From the NCBI GenBank assembly GCA_043820285.1, contig JBDRDX010000017.1:4510-68509 (forward strand): a stretch of DNA of 64,000 nt, read 5' to 3'. This DNA is from Patescibacteria group bacterium. GTDB taxonomy: Bacteria > Patescibacteriota > Gracilibacteria > UBA1369 > JAHKBB01. The notes under the pieces are model-generated. The model had not been told where the DNA came from. It searched no databases and was given only the letters and a program-made list of their open reading frames with translations. Below are positions 27,774 to 36,260 of the stretch, piece by piece. The position numbers and the translations under genes are program-made. How positions within the stretch are numbered: position 1 is the first letter of the stretch; every line of letters starts with the position of its first letter.

Positions 27774-28268
27774 TTAGGCACTTAAAGTCTCCTCGGCAAA
27801 CCTCTGGTACAGAATAGGGATTACAAGCAAAGTAAGAACACTGGAGAAAGCCAGTCCGAAGATAATCGCATATTGCTTATCCAAAGTCCCCTGCATCCTG
27901 GCAACCGCGGCACTTGCCTGCTCAAGCTGAGCATCGAGAGCACCGTGGTCCAATTCCACAAGAAGTTCTCCTTTCTTCACTATATCTCCAATCTCCACAT
28001 ATACTTTTTTGACTTTGGAATTCAGCTCACTCCGAAGAGCAATCTGATCAAAGGCCTCAACCTGACCGGTACCCTCTACGTACCCCCTTGCCTCCTTGTA
28101 CATATTAACATCCAAAAGTGACACAACCGGCTTTGGCTCCTCTGTAACCTCGTCTTTTGCGGTCAAAGAAACATATGAGCGATACACGAAAAGTGACAGC
28201 ACGGCTGTGATCACAACTCCAATAATTGCTCTTTTCTTGGTCATTCTAACCACGTTAATTGGTGGCAA
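27774..28268 (-). pseudogene. Probable remnant of an efflux operon: the N-terminus of an RND membrane-fusion protein fused in frame to the extreme C-terminus of an RND permease
   Basis: Residues 1-~130 look like an HlyD/MFP N-terminus: TM anchor, GQVEA...SELNSKVKKVYVEIGDIVKKGELLVELD, then the start of the coiled coil. The last ~30 aa (IIFGLAFSSVLTLLVIPILYQRF) look like the final TM helix of AcrB-type pumps. Nothing lies between the two parts. Confidence 0.45.
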
Positions 28269-28353
28269 ATTATACGACGTAATTGGGGATTAGTCAAGTG
28301 TAATAATCGAGAAGGCCTGATATAGTGCCTTTAGGACAATTAATCTCAAAACA

Positions 28354-28725
28354 ATGGGAACAGGTAAAAAATATTCACTGCACGAAACAGATGACACAAG
28401 AGCCGCGACCGCGGCATACCAATTTGAAGAAATCTTAAAAAAAGTAAAAGCCGCAGGCGGAGAAATCGAAAGAGACGACACTCACCCACTCTACACAGAC
28501 ATAGGATTGCAGGAAGGCGAAATCGGCGAAGAAAGAATAGTCGAATTCAACCTAAATCAAACTGACTTTCGCCTAGTCCGCAAAATCGAAACTCACAGAA
28601 TAACAGGAGCAGGCCGGCACAAAAGCCTGGAAGAAATGACCCCCCCACGCGTCAGAATCCACCTTCAGCGAAAACCGGAACTAAACGATGACTACGTAAA
28701 TGTGGATTTGGAAGATATGTTTTAG
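28354..28725 (+). CDS. Hypothetical protein
   Basis: 123 aa ORF in an otherwise empty interval. No recognisable motif. Confidence 0.4.
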   Translation: MGTGKKYSLHETDDTRAATAAYQFEEILKKVKAAGGEIERDDTHPLYTDIGLQEGEIGEERIVEFNLNQTDFRLVRKIETHRITGAGRHKSLEEMTPPRVRIHLQRKPELNDDYVNVDLEDMF

Positions 28726-28829
28726 TAAGACAAGCGGCCTTTTCACATTTGTCACAATTCTTAAATGGAAGTATAATTAGCAACAATTACTGAAGTTATT
28801 GAAGAAATTTATTTTTAACATACAAAACT

Positions 28830-29417
28830 ATGAAAAAAACAATCGCCATTTGCGCAGTGGTGTTGGTGTTTTCCCTGATCTTTGCAGGATGCTGTCAAAG
28901 ACAAAAGGATATGCAGGCTCTTGAAGAACTTGCTCAAACCGGAGAAAAATTACAGGAAGTTTATGAGACCGGAAGCCAAGAAGAGATAGCCAAAGCTGAA
29001 GCTGAGGCTGCAGGAGATTACATGGATGTTTACATGGAAGGTCTTATGGAGAAAGGCGCTCAATATGAACTAAAAGAATACGAGCAAACAGAGGGCATTG
29101 ACGCACCAGAAGGTTTTCCCGGGGAGCTTATTTATAAAAACGGCAAGATTACGGAGGCTTCCGACAGCAGTGACGCATACTACATCAATAAAAGCATAAC
29201 GATTAAAACAACCGATGAGCTTAAAACTGTGAAGGATCATTATAAAAACCTCCTGTCAGGATCTTTATGGACAATCGATTCCCAATCGACAGAAGCCTAT
29301 GGCGCTTCTTACAGTGCGGTAAATCAAAATACGGGTTTGGAAGTCGATGTTGATATTTATTCTGACATGTACTCCAAATTAGTATCTGTCAGCGTGTACT
29401 GCATGGGGGATAAATAA
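28830..29417 (+). CDS. Hypothetical acidic lipoprotein
   Basis: 195 aa with a signal peptide and lipobox-like IFAGC. Confidence 0.55.
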   Translation: MKKTIAICAVVLVFSLIFAGCCQRQKDMQALEELAQTGEKLQEVYETGSQEEIAKAEAEAAGDYMDVYMEGLMEKGAQYELKEYEQTEGIDAPEGFPGELIYKNGKITEASDSSDAYYINKSITIKTTDELKTVKDHYKNLLSGSLWTIDSQSTEAYGASYSAVNQNTGLEVDVDIYSDMYSKLVSVSVYCMGDK

Positions 29418-29426
29418 AATAAAATT

Positions 29427-32189
29427 ATGAGGAAAACGGCTCTGGTTATCGGTTTGTGGATTATTTTTGTTTCTGTGGCTCAAGCGGCTTTTTCAGACGT
29501 GGACTCGAGCAATTTGAATTATGATGCTGTGAATTATGTGCAAGCGGAAGGGATTGTCAGCGGGTATGCGGATGGAAGTTTTAAGCCACATGACAAAATT
29601 AATCGCGCAGAATTTACCAAGATAATTATCGGTTCGAAGTTTGGCGCAGATGAGATTGAGAATTGTGTTTCGAGTAAAAGCTTTCCTGATGTGCCGGCCG
29701 GCGAGTGGTTTTCCCCATATATATGCGTTGCCGGTAATAATGGAATTGTAAAAGGCTATGGCGATGGGACTTTCAAGCCGGCCGCCTTTATTAACTTTGC
29801 CGAGGCCGCGAAAATTATAGTCAACACATTTGGCTACAAGACCGATTCAGCGGAAATCTGGTACCAGCCTTTTGTCGAAAAATTGGAAAATAAAAAAGCT
29901 ATTCCCACAAGTATTTATTCGTTTGAAAGAAGTATTACGCGCGGAGAAATGGCCGAAATGATTTACCGGCTTAAAGAGAATATTGAAGACAGACCGTCGA
30001 CGCAGTTTTTTACCGGCGATTCGGAACTGATTAACAGCACTACTTTTGTCAAAGCCTATCGGCTTTATGACAATAATCATGCTTGGAGTGTTTGGCCGAC
30101 AAAAGATAACAACTATATTTTTGCCGGTTGGACTCTTCCCGGGCTCGATACAGATGCTTTTATCAGTAAATTAAATCGACAGGGCGAGCTAATTTGGACA
30201 AAATTAATTGGCAGTAGAGTTCATTATTCCGGTCCAATGGGCAAAGGACCAGCCGATGATGAAGGCTATCTCGTCACTCAACTTAAAGATGGTTCTTATC
30301 TGCTGGCCGGCCAGACAAACGGTTATGTTGGCGACGCGGAAGCCGAGATCTTTGAAACAGCAACTGATGTTTTTCTTTCTAAATTTGATCAACAAGGTAA
30401 TTATATTTGGACAGAAACTGTTGGTGATTTGGCTGGTGATACACCAGCCGGTCTTTGGCCCACAGATGATGGCGGTTTTTTGCTTCTGCTGACATTAGGA
30501 GAACTTGACGCCGGAGCGGCGGAGGTCGGCGATGAAGACCATTATTTTGCTTTAGCCAAGTTTGACGCGGAAGGCGAAAAGGAATGGATTAAAAAAACCA
30601 ATCTCAATATAGGAGGAACCATGGGCGATAGGCAGCAAGTTAATTTCTTCATAGAGCGGGAAGATGATGGCGGTTTTGTTCTGGTTGGCAATATTCCTTT
30701 CGATGAAGTTTTGAAGACAGAAGATGAAGAAATAATGTATTCCACTATGGATGCCGTTGTGAAATTAGATAAAAACGGCCAGGTGAAATGGGCCAAAAGC
30801 ATAGAAGCCATACCAACCGAATATTTGATTGCTGAGGAAGCTGATAATGAGATTGGATACACGGAATACTACATGAAAGTCAGGATGTCGGCCGGCAATT
30901 TTTCCGCAGTGCAGAAAACTCCGGACAATGGTTATTTAGCTATAGGTCTTCTTTCACCATTTACCAACCAAATTAATTACAATCCCACTTACGAAACAAT
31001 TACAGGCACTCCGCTTCTGGCGGTAAAGTTGGACGAAGACGGTAATTTCAAGTGGGCAAAAACGATAGAAACCGGGCTTTTGTCTTTTGACAATGAATTC
31101 GAAATAGTAAAAACCAAAGACGGCGATTTCATCATTATGCGAAATTTTATGTCCGAAGGCAAGGAATTTGCGGGTGATTCATATGATGCTTATATGAAGA
31201 AAATGGGAGAGGCGAGCAAACTCTATCCGGATGATTATATGCCGGGAGATGAAGAAAAAAATCCGGCCCTGAAAAAAGCAATAGAAGAAATGAACGAAGC
31301 TCAGGATGTTTGGTCGTCTACTGCGACAAGGCATATAGCTCTGCTCAAAGTTGATCCGGAGTTTAATGCTAAATGGCTCAAAACAATCGGCCCTGAAGTT
31401 AAGCCTGTGGATGTAAGGAATTCAACAGGCATCCCTTACGAATTTATAGGCAGTGATATCCGAATTGACAATGATCAAGGAATATTAATTGCCGGTACTT
31501 ATGGCACCGATGTTGTCTGCAGTGTCAGCTTTGGAATAAAATTTTATTGCAGTGACGCTTTACTGATTAAACTTGATGCTAATGGAAATCTCAGCGAAGA
31601 CTCCGACCTCGTTTCCGATTACAAGACCGTTTCGCAAGAGGATTTGAGTCAATACATTACCATTAGAGATTTAGAGCCGAAAATTCCGGATTATGAATTG
31701 GGGATTAAAAAACAAAAGTCGCAAGTTCCAGCCAAAACAGAGAGAATAATCACCACTCTTTCGCCATTTGAAGAAAAAACAATTGTTCCAAGCAAGCAAG
31801 GATTTATATCCTCCGTTATCAGTCCACTGGTTACACCTGAGGCCAAAACGTGGGCCACAATATATTATGAAAGCATCGACCCCATCGAAACCGAAAATGA
31901 AAAAAGTCGGGAAGTTCATGAAGAGCTTCTTCCCATTCTTAATGAATTTTTTGATAACAAGGTGAAATTGAGAGACAATTTCGGGGGAATTTCTCTGGAT
32001 TATGTGTTTAATCGGCTCGTGACGGAGGAAGATATTCTGGCTGTGCAGGAAGGACTCAAAAAATTGGGATACAAACTCGCCATGGATTTAGAAGACGGTA
32101 AATTGGTAATGAGTAAAATCGGGCGTACATTGAATCTGCTTTTCTCCATAGAAAACAAAAGAAGAGGAACTATGAATGTTACCTATTAA
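29427..32189 (+). CDS. SLH-domain surface protein with a repeated beta-propeller-like region
   Basis: 920 aa. A signal peptide is followed by three SLH-type modules (FSDV...GIVSGYADGSFKP...INRAEF, FPDVPAGEWF...GIVKGYGDGTFKP and a third). Then come at least six repeats ending in G..-W-.K (GELIWTKLIG, GNYIWTETVG, GEKEWIKKTN, GQVKWAKSIE, GNFKWAKTIE, FNAKWLKTIG). Confidence 0.7.
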   Translation: MRKTALVIGLWIIFVSVAQAAFSDVDSSNLNYDAVNYVQAEGIVSGYADGSFKPHDKINRAEFTKIIIGSKFGADEIENCVSSKSFPDVPAGEWFSPYICVAGNNGIVKGYGDGTFKPAAFINFAEAAKIIVNTFGYKTDSAEIWYQPFVEKLENKKAIPTSIYSFERSITRGEMAEMIYRLKENIEDRPSTQFFTGDSELINSTTFVKAYRLYDNNHAWSVWPTKDNNYIFAGWTLPGLDTDAFISKLNRQGELIWTKLIGSRVHYSGPMGKGPADDEGYLVTQLKDGSYLLAGQTNGYVGDAEAEIFETATDVFLSKFDQQGNYIWTETVGDLAGDTPAGLWPTDDGGFLLLLTLGELDAGAAEVGDEDHYFALAKFDAEGEKEWIKKTNLNIGGTMGDRQQVNFFIEREDDGGFVLVGNIPFDEVLKTEDEEIMYSTMDAVVKLDKNGQVKWAKSIEAIPTEYLIAEEADNEIGYTEYYMKVRMSAGNFSAVQKTPDNGYLAIGLLSPFTNQINYNPTYETITGTPLLAVKLDEDGNFKWAKTIETGLLSFDNEFEIVKTKDGDFIIMRNFMSEGKEFAGDSYDAYMKKMGEASKLYPDDYMPGDEEKNPALKKAIEEMNEAQDVWSSTATRHIALLKVDPEFNAKWLKTIGPEVKPVDVRNSTGIPYEFIGSDIRIDNDQGILIAGTYGTDVVCSVSFGIKFYCSDALLIKLDANGNLSEDSDLVSDYKTVSQEDLSQYITIRDLEPKIPDYELGIKKQKSQVPAKTERIITTLSPFEEKTIVPSKQGFISSVISPLVTPEAKTWATIYYESIDPIETENEKSREVHEELLPILNEFFDNKVKLRDNFGGISLDYVFNRLVTEEDILAVQEGLKKLGYKLAMDLEDGKLVMSKIGRTLNLLFSIENKRRGTMNVTY

Positions 32190-32297
32190 CTTATTAACCA
32201 AAAAAATAAAATAACAAATCCTCTCAAAAACATATTTTCAAAAAATAAAAAACGCGGCAAGCGGAAGTGGCCGAAAATCGCCTTTTTCGCCGCTCTA

Positions 32298-33080
32298 TTG
32301 ATCGGCGCCGGATATTTTTTTGGAGTAGTCTGTAAACAAATCAGCCAAGCCTATAACTTAATGTTTTCCTCCTCCGGTGGAGAGCTTCTAAATCTACTTT
32401 TATGGTTTTTGCTAGCATTATATGTTGTGACAGTAACTGCCGGTTTAGCGGCCGCGCTGCTGCGGCCAATGTGGATTGCCATAACCGCTTTTGCTCTTTC
32501 CGGTTTGGCTATGCCGCTGGGCTGGCAACTAACGATAGGCAGTGGGATTTTGAGCTTGGTATATCTTTTGGCCGGAGTTCTTTACGTATCGGCTGTTACA
32601 AAAAAACTTAATCAGCAAATTGAATTCTCCGTGCAGCCTGTCGCCAAAAGTCAGGGGCTGCTGCGAATGGCGCTTGTCCTTATAGCCTGCGGTAGTTTGT
32701 ATCTTGGCTGTGCGGCGCATATTGAGCAGGAAGGCTTCTCGATCCCTGAACCGTACCTTAAAATAGCGTCAGACCAAATAGAAGAACGGATCATTAAACC
32801 CAAAGTGCCGGAGTGGCAATATCAAGAAGCTGCGGCCGGTTTCAGAGAGGAATTCAAACACGCCGTAGATAATTTCTCGGAGAATACAATAAAACCCTAC
32901 GAACGATTCATTCCATTGGCCATAGTCGCAGTTTTATTCACACCTCTGATAACAATTGTCAGCCTGCTGGCTTGGATACCCGCCATGCTCTTACGCATTA
33001 TTTTTCCCCTGCTTAAAATATCAGGTATAACAAAAATAGTCAGCGAAACCAAAGAAGTACAAAGGCTGACTATTGACTGA
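32298..33080 (+). CDS. Polytopic membrane protein (start uncertain)
   Basis: 260 aa from a TTG start. The frame is open back to 32190, giving a basic stretch plus a TM N-terminus (KKRGKRKWPKIAFFAALLIGAG). That upstream stretch has no ATG, GTG or TTG. It is in the same frame as the upstream gene. Confidence 0.5.
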   Translation: MIGAGYFFGVVCKQISQAYNLMFSSSGGELLNLLLWFLLALYVVTVTAGLAAALLRPMWIAITAFALSGLAMPLGWQLTIGSGILSLVYLLAGVLYVSAVTKKLNQQIEFSVQPVAKSQGLLRMALVLIACGSLYLGCAAHIEQEGFSIPEPYLKIASDQIEERIIKPKVPEWQYQEAAAGFREEFKHAVDNFSENTIKPYERFIPLAIVAVLFTPLITIVSLLAWIPAMLLRIIFPLLKISGITKIVSETKEVQRLTID

Positions 33081-33134
33081 AAAAGTGGCCACTCACGAAA
33101 AACCTACTCTCCGGAAGAATCTTCCATTAGAACC

Positions 33135-33211
33135 TGGTGGAGCTGATGGGATTCGAACCCACGACTTCTTCCATGCCATGGAAGCGCTCTAGCCAGCTGA
33201 GCTACAGCCCC
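33135..33211 (-). tRNA. tRNA-Ala (anticodon GGC), CCA encoded
   Basis: The reverse complement GGGGCTGTAGCTCAGCTGG...CTTCCATGGCATGGAAG...CAGCTCCACCA folds as a cloverleaf with G3:U70. Confidence 0.8.
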
Positions 33212-33308
33212 ACAATCAACCGCAACAAATTTACTATCTTGGAATTGTAAAGTCAAAAATTGACTTTTTTATGAAAATAGTCTACATTTGCCCCCTTTGT
33301 TGAGGGGA

Positions 33309-35966
33309 ATGGGGATACAAAACAAATTACCAGTCCAGATTGATGATGAAATAAGCATGATTGCTGATGAAATTGGGGTATCCAGAGGAGAATTGATTGC
33401 TTTAAGAGATAAAGATCCAAATAGTTTAACTGGAGAACAAAGACAATTATACGAGCAACAGCTTGGAGCTCATAGAGAATTGGCAAAACGAAGATCATTT
33501 TACGCAAACGAATTGCAAAACGTTTCCAGTCCCGCAGATTTGGGTGTTCCTATTGAATTTCGCAGAATTCAAAGAGCAGGTCTGGATGCTTTGGCCAAGA
33601 GTTTTATGCATTACAATAGAGGTTTTTTGGATATGCCAACAGGAAGCGGAAAAACCATGCTTATTGGCGCGCAAATACGTGCCTTTTTGGAATATGCAAA
33701 AGCTTTTGATATGCTTGATGAAGTCGAAGTTCTTGTTCTGACTTCTCGTTTGAATTTGGCATCTCAAATGCTTGCCGATTGTCCATTAGATGATGATTCA
33801 GATGACGAATTTAGAGAAGATGCGATGAAAATTGGCGATGTCCAATTGTGGCTTAAAGGAATTTGTAACGAAGTAAGAGTTATTACGTGTTCATCAAACG
33901 AAAGTGACAGACATAGAAATTCTCCGGTCACTGTGACTACATATCAAGGTTTGCATGAAAGAACATTTTTGAAATATTTCGAAAACGAGAGAAAGATAGG
34001 ACTAATTATAGCTGATGAATGTCATAATATTACGGATAGAATTAGAAGATTATTGCAAGATCAGTTTGGCCATGCTTGGCTCACAGGTTATTCTGCTACA
34101 CCAGCAGGTCCTGAGCGAAACCCTTATGATACTTTTGAATGTATGATTTATAGGGAATCTTTAAGGGAAATGATTGAGAGGGGTGAGTTAAAACAAGTGC
34201 GTGTAATTAGAGTTAATACCGATATTGATATGAGTGATGTCAGGATAAATAAGGGAAATTTTGTCCCACTTGATGTAGAAAAAGTGTTATCCAGAAATCA
34301 AGGCGTTTTAAATGATGTAGTCCTAAGCACATTGAGAAAAACATATCCATTACTGCGCGAAATCGGCGAAACGCCTTTAGTGGATCGGCAATCTTTATTT
34401 TTTGTTACAAGAATTAAACAAGCAGAAGAATTGGCGAAGGAATTAAATAGAATTGGAATGCCTGCTATGGCGGTTTCTGGAGAAACCCCAGCGCACGTTT
34501 TTGATAAACATAAAGAACAATTCAGGAGAAGAGAAATAAGAGCAATAGTATCGGCGAGAAAAATCACAGAGGGTTTTGACGCTGAAAATGTTGAAGCAGT
34601 CCATATGCTTCAACCGTTAGGCGAAGGTAGCGGTTGGCTATATAAACAGGAAATAGGCAGAGGATTAAGGATTGATCCTTCTAATCCATTTGCCAGTTGT
34701 GTAATCGTTGATTATTTATATGTACACGATAGGTATCTTCCTTTTTCTGCTCACGAAGCTTTGGAGCTTAGCGAATATAGAGAAGCCGCTTTATTAGTTC
34801 CATCCGGAATGAGAGACGTTGAACAAAAAGTTTTGGTTTTAAGAAAAGACGGGAAATCTTTCGCGGAAATCTATAATTTGCTGAATGATGATGAGAAAAT
34901 CAGGTTTTTACATTTAATTAAAGCTATTCCGAAAGATGCTTCTGATAGAATAAGGTTTGGTTCTGTAAAAGGCGGTTCGGAACCCATGGATATAGGTGTA
35001 ATACTGGGCAATATTGAAATTTTAGAGGAAGTCAGAAGAAGAATCGATTTACGAACAGGAGAAGAAGATAGGGAAAAATTAAAAATTTTAGCAAGACAGA
35101 TTTTAGAAGAAAAAGGTGTAAAAAACAGGGCGGCTCTTTTAACACGCGGACCTACCTGGTTTACGTATGAGAAATTTGCCCCATTTGGGAAAGGCACAGG
35201 ATTTGCAAGCATGCTCGTGGGCAGGCCTGTCATCGTAAAAAATCCTGAGCTGCGTGAAATAGCTGATTTTATTTACGGGAAAGAAACAGAACAACAGAGA
35301 CTGGAAAATGTCAGAACAATGCTTTTAAAAAGAGGAGTCACCGACAGAGACTCATTTATGCTTTTTGGAATAAGATTTTTTCAGGAACATTTCAAAGATT
35401 ATGGAAGCGGATTAGTGTTAGCAAAGCGGATTTTACATAGAGCCCTTTTGCCAAAAGAAAAAACTAGAACGACAATGTCTTTAATTGCCGATATCCTTTA
35501 TGGGAGTCAACAAAAAGAAAGAGTTGTAACATATAGAAAAGTATTGGAAGCAAACGGCATAAGATCTGTGGACGATTTGGTGACCTTTGGTTCTGGTAAA
35601 TTCATACGAACAAAATTTCCTCCTTACGGCAATGGGCCAGCTTTGGCTAATTATATTTTAATGGGAAACTGTCCTAGATTTATTACTCGCGAAACATTAC
35701 GTATAATCGGAGAAGTTGTATTTGAAAATGCCGGTATCATAGATTATTACAGAAAAATGTTAGAAGCCATGGGAATAAAATCTAGTGAAGATTTGATAAG
35801 TTGTGGTGTATCTAGATTTGAACAAATGGATTTTGGAAATTATGGAAATGGTGCTCAACTGGCTAGAAGAGCTTTAGGCTTGGGTAGAAGGAAAAAGATG
35901 GTTTTTGGAGAGCAAGAACTAAGAAATCTTGCAAACAAAGTATTTGGCACACTTCCAGAGTCATAA
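33309..35966 (+). CDS. SF2 DExH helicase (ResIII/type III restriction-like core) with four tandem C-terminal HhH-like modules
   Basis: The helicase motifs are I MPTGSGKT, II IIADECH, III SATP and VI QEIGRGLR. The C-terminal ~300 aa consist of four ~75 aa repeats, each with a G-h-G hairpin motif (FGKGTGFASML, YGSGLVLAKRIL, YGNGPALANYIL, YGNGAQLARRAL). The start is uncertain: ATG at 33309 or TTG at 33288. Confidence 0.7.
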   Translation: MGIQNKLPVQIDDEISMIADEIGVSRGELIALRDKDPNSLTGEQRQLYEQQLGAHRELAKRRSFYANELQNVSSPADLGVPIEFRRIQRAGLDALAKSFMHYNRGFLDMPTGSGKTMLIGAQIRAFLEYAKAFDMLDEVEVLVLTSRLNLASQMLADCPLDDDSDDEFREDAMKIGDVQLWLKGICNEVRVITCSSNESDRHRNSPVTVTTYQGLHERTFLKYFENERKIGLIIADECHNITDRIRRLLQDQFGHAWLTGYSATPAGPERNPYDTFECMIYRESLREMIERGELKQVRVIRVNTDIDMSDVRINKGNFVPLDVEKVLSRNQGVLNDVVLSTLRKTYPLLREIGETPLVDRQSLFFVTRIKQAEELAKELNRIGMPAMAVSGETPAHVFDKHKEQFRRREIRAIVSARKITEGFDAENVEAVHMLQPLGEGSGWLYKQEIGRGLRIDPSNPFASCVIVDYLYVHDRYLPFSAHEALELSEYREAALLVPSGMRDVEQKVLVLRKDGKSFAEIYNLLNDDEKIRFLHLIKAIPKDASDRIRFGSVKGGSEPMDIGVILGNIEILEEVRRRIDLRTGEEDREKLKILARQILEEKGVKNRAALLTRGPTWFTYEKFAPFGKGTGFASMLVGRPVIVKNPELREIADFIYGKETEQQRLENVRTMLLKRGVTDRDSFMLFGIRFFQEHFKDYGSGLVLAKRILHRALLPKEKTRTTMSLIADILYGSQQKERVVTYRKVLEANGIRSVDDLVTFGSGKFIRTKFPPYGNGPALANYILMGNCPRFITRETLRIIGEVVFENAGIIDYYRKMLEAMGIKSSEDLISCGVSRFEQMDFGNYGNGAQLARRALGLGRRKKMVFGEQELRNLANKVFGTLPES

Positions 35967-35990
35967 ATTGGAGACTTTTTCAACTTTTAC

Positions 35991-36066
35991 TGGTGGGTCA
36001 CACAGGATTCGAACCTGTGACCGTCTGCTTAAGAGGCAGCTGCTCTACCGACTGAGCTAGTGACCC
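35991..36066 (-). tRNA. tRNA-Lys (anticodon CUU), CCA encoded
   Basis: The reverse complement GGGTCACTAGCTCAGTCGGTAGAGCAGCTGCCTCTTAAGCAGACGGTCACAGGTTCGAATCCTGTGTGACCCACCA folds as a cloverleaf. Confidence 0.8.
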
Positions 36067-36113
36067 ACAGCGCACGGCAAACCTTAACAAAAACCGGTTG
36101 GAAATTCAATAGT

Positions 36114-36200
36114 TGGAACGTTCCTAAATTTTTTCCAGGTTGAAAATTTCTGGAACGTTCCTAAATTTTCTAACCTGGAAAGTTTTGCACAACGTTCCTC
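36114..36200. promoter_or_regulatory. Repeated palindrome-containing boxes upstream of radA (candidate operator array)
   Basis: tggaacgttcctaaatttt occurs twice (36114-36132 and 36151-36169), with a third half-copy caacgttcctc at 36189-36200. The core GGAACGTTCC is a perfect palindrome. A 9 bp inverted repeat, ttccaggtt / aacctggaa, brackets the second copy. Confidence 0.4.
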
Positions 36201-36260
36201 TCAAAAATGTCATAAATTTTTTAGAGAATTTTAATGTGAGTGTGCTAAAATACGGCTGCT

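Noticed and set aside
36114-36200. Direct repeats that might be a CRISPR array or att sites next to tRNA-Lys.
   Set aside because: There are only two full 19 bp copies plus a half copy, with 18 bp between the full copies and no cas genes, so it is not CRISPR-like. The repeats do not match the tRNA 3' end, so they are not integration att duplications. I kept it as a candidate operator array instead.
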